Source: Stylophora pistillata (taxonomy: Eukaryota). From it: a stretch of DNA of 63,933 bases. The first letter of the stretch is position 1; each line of letters begins with the position of its first letter. This document shows, in pieces, positions 39,262 through 49,591 of this stretch. The notes under the pieces are model-generated. The model ran no database searches, had not been told where the DNA came from, and saw nothing but the letters and a program-made list of their open reading frames with translations. The translations under genes were made by a program, and so were the position numbers. The stretch is from positions 62,001 to 125,933 of the forward strand of contig NW_019217964.1 of assembly GCF_002571385.2 (NCBI RefSeq), in the 5' to 3' direction.

Positions 39262-42200
39262 ATGTCGCTGTTATATTTCTTTCAAACAAGCCTCGAGTAC
39301 CATGGGATAACTACGAAAGAGCTTTATCAACTATGGTTTAAGCACGCTCAAGCTGCTTTTAAGATGTACGAACAAGGTATTATGAAATACGCCTTCAAGG
39401 TAGGAACAGACTACGATTTATAAACATAATACCAGTTGATACTCGCTTTACACGCCGATTATGCTATAGCACATTAAGCTTAAGGGATTAACTGAAAGAA
39501 ACTGCATTCTTGATATCTCAACATAAAGGATCTTATTTCATCAGGGTCTGTAGATGCTACTCTCGAAATATTCTCGTGACAAAAGAAGAAGTATTCTCAA
39601 TATAAACGGACACTGTTATGGAATACGTTTAAACTTGATCGTAGCAACATTTATGCCTATAAATCTTTGTTTGGGCCACAGTAAAATTGGATTTACATAT
39701 CTTATTTTAAAATTTCGTTACACCTGTATTGCCCAGACGATAAGCTATGAATCAGCGTGTGTCAGCAGACACAACCGGGCGATAAGAGACAATAGCAACC
39801 ATGAACCAAATATTCACCGCGAGATTACTCAGAAAAACTGAATTATAATTTTCAAGTATGTGTGGAATGTACCTTAAGCATCAAACAAGAGGGGCAGGTT
39901 CGAGCCTTTCTGCCTTTGTTTTTGGTAAGAATGGAAAAAATTGCCGCTGAATGTGTAGCTTCTTGACATATATGTCCATTGCTAAATTATGTATTATCAC
40001 TATTATTTATTATTTATATGAGACAACTTTGTGAGAATCATTTCGTGTCTGTATAAATGCCGAGGTCTCTGTTCCACTGAAAACAATTCGCGGGCTCAGA
40101 AGACTCTTATCTGCTCGCGAGGGAGCTTTTTAACCTTAGGGTGGGTATCAAAAAAATTCTAGAATGGAGAGATGAAGTAGTGACAATGAGAGGAAGCTCC
40201 TGCTACTGGCAGAAGCCATTTTGAAGAAAGCCTCGTGAATGTCTCTGTTCCGTACCACTTGCCATACTGCGGACTGCGAGACGCCAAAGTTTAGTGAATT
40301 TGTCAGATATCAATCTATCCCCGCGCTTCAAGTGACAATAGATAGATTAACATCTGAGCCACAACCCAAAAGTGTCGCGCAGGCACGAAGCAAAAAATTT
40401 TTCCGAAGGTGTTTTTTTTTTTTTTTGATTAACTGAAACTGGGTTACTTTCAACCATTCTCCGTTTCGCCACTGAGCTAAATGGACATGGCTATTTCATG
40501 TTTGTGAGGTTTCCAAGTATTTCATGTACGGAAAAGTTATTTTGAGAGCGGAAAGGTCAAGAACGTGGTTTGTAGCTTTGAGATTGCTCACGCACAACAT
40601 TATATGTGATAATTGACGACCAGTCACCAAACTTGTAGGGGCGAAGAGGGTACGTATACGCCATTTAATTTATGTAATTAGAGAAGAGCCACTTTGTCAA
40701 CTGATCAAGTTAAGGAACTGGTCATTATTTATCCCCGGAGGGGAGGGTCGAAGGATTTTAGATCTGTCATGATAAAATTTACCTGATTTCCCTCCCCCAC
40801 CAAGGCTCGGGTATATCCCCCCCGTTTGACAAGAGGTTTCACAAAGTGTCCTCCTTTTTAAAATTTACTTAAACGCACACGATTATGTAACACGTGAATT
40901 TCCAACCGAATTTCGAACCCATTTCGAACCGTCCTAGCGCAGTGCTTAATCTCGAACAAACGCGTTTTCATCGGCTACCCGCAAGTTCTTTGGCACACTG
41001 GAAGCATTTGCAAATTATTATCTTTTTTCGAGTTATAATGCGAAAAAAACAACGTACATGTCTTCAGAATCAAAGTTTCGACTCCCTATCAAAATAATCC
41101 CTTGTTTCCACCCCAATAGTGAATCGGAAAGTAGTTCTAATAGTGCTAAATGATGTCTCTAATAGCTTAGTTAGTTTTTCATTCATTTCCGTCTCTTCAC
41201 GTTATAGATAGCTGGAGAAAGAAAAGTTCTTGGAGGTAATAAGATCTTAATTAGATAAACGGTTTTCATGTCTTATATAACAAAGAAAAGGACCTGGATG
41301 CTCAATATTGTGTGACAATGCTATCCATCTGGAATTAGCGATGAATAATCGCAGCGAGGGGCTCATTAGTGTATATGGTGACGGGCCTCTCATATCTATC
41401 TCTCCATTCCTCACAGCTATTTCACCAGTAAATGTATTCTTTAATATGAATTGGAAAATTTCTTTTAGTTTTTCCCGGAGTTCGTAGCGTCACTGATTTT
41501 GTTCCCAAAAGAGTTTAAAAACGCCACCCAAACTGTGCGGAAAAGGGTTGACAAAGAAAACAACTCCCTCTCTCCCCTCTCTCCCCTCTCTCCCCTCTCT
41601 TGCCTATCTGGTCTCCCCTCTCTCCCCTCTCTCCCCTCACTCCCCTCTCTCCCCTCTCTCCCATTTCTCCCCTCTCTCTCCTCTCTCCCCTCTCTTGCCT
41701 ATCTGGTCTCCCTAGCTTGTTTACTTCCTGCCGAAGCCGAACATGATTAGCGAATGAAATGGTGAAAAAAGTCAGTTTGCTCTGAGAGCTTCTTACTTTA
41801 TTGCCGCATCTTCCATTCCTACATTCTGATGAAACAGCAATAAAAACGGAAGACAAGAACTGACTCTAACTTCATTCTTACGCCTTCTGTTTTTCATTTA
41901 GTGATGTCAGTGGAGTCACCCTCAGTACTGGACACGTGCTTTGTCGAGCTACCTCTTTACCAGGCCCTCGGAGATCAGTTGCACTCGACATTTACCCCGT
42001 TGAGACAATACGAAGGATTTGCGTCAGATGTGAGCGAGAGAGTTGGGAACGGAGAAAATTACGGGGATGAAAAGTCCATCTTAAAGAAGGGGCTCTTCTA
42101 CATTCTGACGTTTACTGTGGAATACGACCCTAGTAAGATATATGTGATATAGAGGACAGTTTTTGTTTTATCCTGAGTGTTGAAATTCTCTCTCTGTCGT

Positions 42201-43286
42201 GTGTACGAGGAGAACGAGTGAGGGATATAATCAATTCGAGATAAATCCGTACCACCAGCAGACTTGCAATGTTCTGTTTATTATATAGATATTGATGAGA
42301 TATATAAATCGAAGACGATTTGGAAACACGTTATGAGAGCGCCGAATGTAGAGATAAACTGTATTTAAACTCAGCTCGTTGGGTTGGTGAGAGGATTGCT
42401 GCAATGTCTGAAATGGGCAGGCAGATTTTGTTTCATAGTAGCGCGCATTTCAGTTATCTGGGTCACCTGTTTAGGTTCGAGCTACATTTAAGGCTTTATC
42501 TGAATCAGACAGATCCTCTTCATCAATTCTTCAATCCCTTCTTCATCTCATTTCATTTCATCCTTTAAAAGCCATGACACAACAAGACCTGTTTGCTGTC
42601 TGGGCTGAGGAAGCTAAAGAGGCTCTCAAGGCAAAAAAGTCTGGAATCATTCTAGACTTATGGAAAGTGGTAGCAGAACGTAAGGTACTAATCACTTTCA
42701 ACTAATATCACACTATGCGGGCGCCTGCATCTCGGTTCGGTCAGATAGACTTAGTATGCACTTAATCAAACGTCTTACCGAATCCATTATTTTCACTTGT
42801 GGTTGTTTGATAATGCCCCATGCTGTCTGCATAGCGCGAACAACCCATTCAGCCATGCAGTTTCATGATGGTTTTATCGGGTGTGTATATAGTGTCGGCT
42901 CCAGAAAACATCACAGTATTTGACTTCGGACACATACTGGCAGTATAATCACGCCCCCATAAACATTAAGGCCGCATTAGGTACATTTTACTTGCTGCTG
43001 TACTATTTATGTGCATAAGTATGGAACCATGTACCAATTCCCCTCTTTCCTTGTTAAATAACTCTGTTTAACGCACTTGGACAATCATCAAAATATCGTC
43101 AAATGTTGCATATGATGTGTGTTGCAGGTTATAGCCGTTGTCTGTGTGGATGATCCGACTGATGTTGACAGAATGTCACTGGACCTGCCAATCATGAAAA
43201 AGATGGGAAGCAAAGTCCGTATAGATTGCAAGTCGATACGGCCAGTAGAAGAATGGGCCGCAGATCTACAAAAGCTAGCAGAATAG
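39262..43286 (+). CDS. Tandem muconolactone-isomerase-like protein, paralog B, complete, 222 aa. Exons 39262-39399, 41208-41235, 41902-42132, 42572-42684, 43128-43286
   Basis: GT-AG introns; 669-nt open frame: MSLLYFFQTSLEYHGITTKELYQLWFKHAQAAFKMYEQGIMKYAFKIAGERKVLGVMSVESPSVLDTCFVELPLYQALGDQLHSTFTPLRQY...LFYILTFTVEYDPTMTQQDLFAVWAEEAKEALKAKKSGIILDLWKVVAERKVIAVVCVDDPTDVDRMSLDLPIMKKMGSKVRIDCKSIRPVEEWAADLQKLAE*. Two internal repeats resemble CatC. Confidence 0.88.
41564..41712. repeat. Pyrimidine 9-bp minisatellite (CTCTCCCCT)n in intron 2 of paralog B
   Basis: Direct tandem repeats with a duplicated tcttgcctatctggtctccc unit. Confidence 0.9.
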
Positions 43287-44343
43287 GCCTAAGGAGCATC
43301 TAGAAACGTTGGACTGTAAACCCCTCTCGTGCTGAATCCAAAATTGATCGTAGTTAATGATGTATTAAAACTATCAAGAAAAAGTCAGAGTTCTAAGTTA
43401 CTTTAGATAGTAGTATTAACACATTTAAGACTTCAAGTGAAGAATTCATTTGCATGTAGCAACAAAAAATTGCCAACGATTTTAGATGAATTTCAAGGTA
43501 GGAATACGAAAAAAATTAGCAGATTTCAAATAAATCGAGCACAAATTGCAAATTTCGCGCTGTAGTTGTTTCAATTGTTTGATATACGAGAAAAAAAAAG
43601 TTTTGGTATGATGATAAGATTAGCTGTTGGAATATTAGTGACCCTCAAATTCTACAATTCCTCTTAAAAAAGGGCATATCTGTGGGCACAGGAGATGGGA
43701 TGGAGCGAGGTACTGGGAACGAGAGCACTTAAAGCTGACATCTATCAAGAGATCCTTTTGATCTCTTATAGCTATCAATTGTAAGCAGATTTTCGTTTGA
43801 AGGCAAACTTCCAAAGGATGGAATTTCGCTGCTGCTTTCCAGACCGTTCCAGATTTCGAAAGCCAATTCTAATCCTAAATCTTAATCATTCCCTCTCGTC
43901 TGGGATGGTTGGAGAGAAACAAAGACCAAATATTTGGAGGATTCTGGAGGCGTTAAGAGCCAGATACCTCCAACGTAGATCAATAGGGTTATTTAAGTTT
44001 CCGGGCTCTATAACGTGATAAAGCCAAGCGGGATGTTGGGAGAACATGAGCAAAGCGACGATCTATGTGTCAATCTAATTACTAATGACGCTAAATACGG
44101 AAAAATTCATTGGTGAACAGTTCGTGCTAACAAATATTTACTACAGGGGTTGTCAACTTAATTTGCATAATTTGCATGCATTAACCTTTTTTGCATGAGA
44201 AACAATTGCAGTCGCAGTATATATCAAGGGAATTTTAGGAACAAAACTGACGTCAAGGTAACAACAAGAAGGCTTAGAGACTGACGTTCCTGACAAAAGT
44301 GGTGGTCTTACGTTCAATAGCATTTGGTGCGGCGCCTGCTAAC

Positions 44344-46899
44344 ATGAGCTTATTGTACTTCATAAAGTTTACCATTGAGTACAAACGAATACCACAAGAA
44401 CAGTTTATCAAAACTGGGCAGCAGAAGCAGAAGTTGCTCTAAAAGCAAAAGAAAAAGGAAAAATACTACAGATATGGAAAGTAAGAATATGTTTTTAGCC
44501 ACTGACCGGTTGCTATTTTTCAAAGATTCCCCAAAAGACCTTAAGTTTACAGTTGATTCGCCGTATTGATGTCAACTAATTTATTATAAGAGAGATAACT
44601 TAGACCTTCCAAAACCTTAGGTCTATACAAGTTTGGGGCAATTAAGTTTTATAGTCTCTGGAACGAGCAGCTTACAATGAATCGCTGGACATGAAAAACG
44701 CCTCTCTGTGCCAAGGAATTACAAAACTTTTGATGAAGAAAGTACTACTTGAACAATAAGTTAACAATAAGATCTGAATGTGTCCATCAAACCAAAATTA
44801 TGTAGGCGTAAGTCGTGTCATAAGCGTGAACCAAGTTTGATCAAACAATATCAGTCAGAACAAGCCATTGCACATCCTGACTTGTTCAATTGAGCACGTC
44901 AAAGAAGAGTTAGAGTGTCATTGGCAAAACCATGATCCGTAGATATCGGGCAGATATCGGTTTCCCTAGCTTCTCGGTTAAAAGAGACAGTTTAAGGTAT
45001 CAGTCTAGGGATATCAACTGATTCCCTAGCGATTAGCGTAACCATGATATTTCTATTCGCAAAAGAATGCGAAGCAAATTATAAAGATTTGTCTAAAAAA
45101 GTAATTCATGACATGGGTACATAACACTATATTTCATCTCTCCTTTTTGCCATTTGAAGTAAACAAAAGATTAAAATTTTGTAATCTCATAATGTAAGTG
45201 ACTGTTTCGTTTAATCCTTTCAGTTGGTTGGAGAGCGCAAAGTATTTTGTGGTAAGTGAAGAAGAGAAACTTCCTGAGGAAAGTTAATTTCAATTTAAAA
45301 TTTTAATGAATGAACGTAGTCGCGAAATTTTAATCTGTTCCCAGTTATGAAAGCAGAAAATCCCGATGAAATAGATAGGCTGTCATTTCATTTGCCAATG
45401 TTCAAGGAGATGGGTGATCAGGTGCATATGGAAGTTTCACCCCTCAGGCCTTACGCTGGACTAGCAACAGATATCTGTAAAAGAGTCAATAATGGAGATG
45501 AAACGGTGTTTGAAGACATACCTACTGTACCTAAAGCAGGACTTTTCTACTGGATAACGTTTATTATAGAATATCCAGGTAAGATTGCATGTCCATGACA
45601 TTAGTTAGCTCTTCGTAAACTGCAAAAATATTCTTTGTCTTTTTATGACTTCATCTCATTACACCGCTTAATTCAAGGTTGACTTCCGTCGTCAAAATAC
45701 TGTCTTCCTTCTAGGAAAACCGTAGGCACTTTTGTTTTCTAATCCAGCTGCCTTTATGCCGGCAAATGCTAAACCTTTTAATGGCCTACAAGAACTTAGC
45801 AGCTAGTTCTCTGTGGCTAACTAGCTGGTAGATTATCGGAGCGCTTTCTTAACAGAATCCTTCGGAGGTAGTTCATTAGGTGAAAGTATTTTCTGAGAGT
45901 TTTATATTTCTCTGGTTTTTATTTCATTGATGCAGGTAAGACGCAAGACGAGTTGTTGGCCTTTTGGTTACAGGAGGCCAAAGCTGCGTTAGGAGGAAAG
46001 AAAAGCGGAAAAGTGGTTGACCTGTGGAAAGTAGTTGGGGAAAGAAAGGTAGGCAAAGTTTCCATACAACCCCACACCTCATTATGCATCTAGTTCTTTC
46101 ATAAAAGAAAACGGCCAAAACAACAGATTACTTTTGAGACCAAGGCGTGTTTTGAAAATAGCAGGAGGTCCTAAGGAAATCAAAATTCCATGCGAATTTC
46201 AACTTCCTACGAAACACTCACAGGAAAAAGCGACATTACGGCTCGTTTCCAGTCTCCAGCCTTGTTTCATTGTCACTGTTCGAGGTCGATAGAGGGATAT
46301 AGTTCCCTGGTTGGTTCGTCGAAATAAAATTTGAATTAACTGGCCGCTAAATTGATTTGTTCATTCCAGCAAATATATTCGGATAAGACAGTAATGACAT
46401 TCGCACCCTTGATTCACTTATAATTGGCAAGTCTTTCTCCACAAATTGAGATTAACTTGGTTGTTTCTGCCAACGATCGATGTGATACTAGGGCTCTAAA
46501 GGGTCTTGCTAAAATGGTTAAAATTGTACGCTTAGTGTTCAGTTGAAAGATGCTTTTAGTGAATGACACTGGCTAGTATTACACATGTTAGTACTTCGAA
46601 TGCTCTACAAATGAGCTAAAGGAACCTCGTGGTCGGCTAGGCGGTTTAAGTGTTCAGTTTTTCCCAAGGGCCTTCGAGGTAAGACTATAATAGTCTGCGC
46701 ATGTCTCTTGAAACTTATGAACATTTTGGCGTTGCAGGTGTACATCCTGTTATGCGTGGAGAGTCCGTACGAGGTGGATCGTATTTCGTTTGACCTGCCT
46801 ATGATGAAGCAAATGGGAGACTGTATACACATGGAAGTCAAGTCCGTCAGGCCTTATGAAGCCTTCCATGATGACCTGAAGAAAATGGTGGCTAGATAA
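44344..46899 (+). CDS. Tandem muconolactone-isomerase-like protein, paralog C. Exons 44344-44480, 45224-45251, 45345-45578, 45936-46048, 46738-46899; 1-nt deletion in exon 1
   Basis: MSLLYFIKFTIEYKRIPQE/[frameshift]VYQNWAAEAEVALKAKEKGKILQIWK|LVGERKVFCV...; exon 1 is 137 nt versus 138 nt in B; the remaining exons are open with canonical splice sites. Confidence 0.82.
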
Positions 46900-47289
46900 C
46901 TTAGCAGTTGATTTAAATTTTGGCGTTACGAACTGCAATGAAAGGCTGCGTTTTGAAGGAAGAATGGGATGGGAAAGGGGTTAAAAACTCCATCGATTGT
47001 TCTGAATATTTCATGTGTGGTTCCTAGGTATATCACTTTTTCTACCAGCTACTTCGAGTGGGCCAGAGCGAACGCATTGTTTCTCTTGTTGTAGAACTTA
47101 AAGAAGTTTAAACCACAAGTTTCCATTTAGCAAAAGTACCCATCACACCTTACAAGCAAATACACTATTTGTATGTATGTATGTAAATCTTTACGTATGA
47201 TGGACGATCCTCGCAGTATCATACGTATCTAATACCGCAGTTCAAAATATATGAACTTCATATATTCATTGTATCTTATGTAAATCTTT

Positions 47290-49336
47290 ATTTAAACACG
47301 GAAAATCATCAGTTACATAATAAAAACTAAGATTAATTCACTGCTTTACATGATTGCCGTGTGGGAATCCTACATATCGACTACGTTAAGGTTTCGCCTA
47401 AAATAGTTAATGGATGAAGCATTTTTTAACTTTTGGGCAATTTATTCCATAATATGGTCCCTCTGTAAGAGAAGCTCCGTTTCAAATAATTGGTGTTTGG
47501 TTTGGACAAGGCCAGCCTTCCCTCAGAGTTTCTTATGTCGTACACAGAGTGACGCTGAGAGAAAAGACTTTGTAGATATTCGGGAGCAAAGTTGTTCATA
47601 ATTACATAATTACATAATATACATAATTACATAATTACATAATTACATAATTACATAATTACATNNNNNNNNNNNNNNNNNNNNNNNNNNNNNNNNNNNN
47701 NNNNNNNNNNNNNNNNNNNNNNNNNNNNNNNNNNNNNNNNNNNNNNNNNNNNNNNNNNNNNNNNNNNNNNNNNNNNNNNNNNNNNNNNNNNNNNNNNNNN
47801 NNNNNNNNNNNNNNNNNNNNNNNNNNNNNTCCATAACATGGCCCCGCTGTAAGAGAAGCTTCGTTTCAAATAATTGGTGTTTGGTTTGGACAAGGCCAGC
47901 CTTCCCTCAGAGTTTCTTATGTCGTACACAGAGTGACGCTGAGAGAAAAGGCTTTGTAGATATTCGGGAGCAAGGTTGTTCATAATTTTATACATCATTA
48001 GGGCTTTTTGTTTCTCTCGTCGAAGAGATAGCCTCTCCCAATCGAGGGTGGAGAGAAGGTGGTTTAAGCTCGTATCAAAGGGTAATTTAGTAATAATTCT
48101 GGCTGCTCGATTCTGTCATTTTTGGAGCTTATCGCTTAAGTAGCCACTTAAACAGTCCCAGACGGAGCTGCAGTAATCAAAATGAGGCATAATCAAAGCG
48201 TTATAAATTTGAATTGCAGTTTCTTTGGATATAAAGGGCCGTACACGTTTTAGGGCGTTTATAGCTGAAGAGACTTTCTTCACCCTGAAATCTCTTCAAC
48301 GTGGCTACCCCAAGAGAGTTGGGCATCTATAGTAAGACCCAAAGATTTGGTCTTGTCGACTCTCTTGATAATTTGGTCATCAATTCTGGTTTTTTAAGTC
48401 GTTACATCGGGCAGATAGTCTTCGTCTTGATCCAATAATCATTAACTCTGTTTTAGCAACATTTAGACTGAGCTTGTTAGCTTTCAGCCAACGGCTAAGG
48501 TTATTCAATTCAGGGGTTAGAGCTAGCTCAAACTCTGTTAATGTCTTAGCAGATATCGTAAGATTGGTGTCATCGGCAAACATTCTTGGTGCGGCGCCCC
48601 GCAGGGAGTTGGGAAGATCATTAATGTACATTAAAAATAACAAAGGACCCAATATGCTACCTTGCGACACGCCTCAACAGAGGGTACGGGCAGATGATAG
48701 TTTGCCACCGACACTACATCTCTGAGTTCGGCCACTCAAGTACGACGAGAACCACTTAATATAACATCTTGCGCAAGATTATTTCATGATCAATGGTGTC
48801 GAATGCCTTAGTAAGGTCAATAAAGACAACGCCGTTTAAGAGACCACTGTCGATATTTACCGACCAAGAATTTGTTGCCTCAAGCAAAGCCGTAAGCGTA
48901 CTATGTAGAGAACGGAACCCTGATTGGCAACCCAATAGCAATTTGTTATCATCTAGATAACGAAAACGTTGATAGTAAACAATTTTTTCAAAACTTTGGA
49001 AATTATAGGGATTACAGATTTGGTCTATAGTTGTTAGGATCCGATTTAATACCCTTTTTGAAAAGGAGTCACTTTGGCCGTTTTCCAATCATTTGGATAT
49101 ATCCCCGTGAGGATAGGCTTAGAGAAGATTGAGGTGAGAGAGGGTGCGTTGATATAAGCAGCCATTTTCAATAATTTACTCGGAATCATATCAAGACCAG
49201 TGGCTTTCTTTTCGTCAATTTTCGACAAAATGTTAGTCACAATATCAACGCTCGGAATTTGTAAAGAAAACGAATGAGTAGAGTGTTCTAAATAAGACTC
49301 AGGATCAATATCAACGACAGGAATATCTTGTTCCAC
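47290..49336 (-). mobile_element. CR1/L2-clade LINE, 5'-truncated and frameshifted, spanning an N gap
   Basis: QSGFRSLHST, FIDLTKAFDTIDH, QGSILGPLLFLMYINDLP, MFADDTNL, KRSFSYSGAMLW; (ATTACATA)n at 47600-47664; 47451-47602 duplicates 47832-47985. Confidence 0.92.
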
Positions 49337-49591
49337 TTTATCATGATATCAATGCAAGACTTCAACGAGTTTATCTTTTATTTAAACTATACTTTACGGT
49401 ACAAAATCAACGGTCAATTATAAAAACACGAACAGAAAACAACATGTGATTCAATCTTGATACTTAGAACAAGCTTTTTGAGCATAAAATACAACCCTAA
49501 TTACAAGTTCATAAGCTATCAAGAACTTCTTTTTGTTATTGTTCCCTTATTGTATCTTTTAACAAGCATTATATATATATACATACAAATA

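Noticed and set aside
41515-41856. Collagen-like (GER)n ORF on the minus strand
   Set aside because: It is the translation of a 9-bp pyrimidine minisatellite in an intron of paralog B; no signal peptide, splice context or collagen domains.
47451-47985. Tandem duplication of a LINE 3' end
   Set aside because: The copies flank an N gap and a microsatellite; likely haplotype or overlap artefact.
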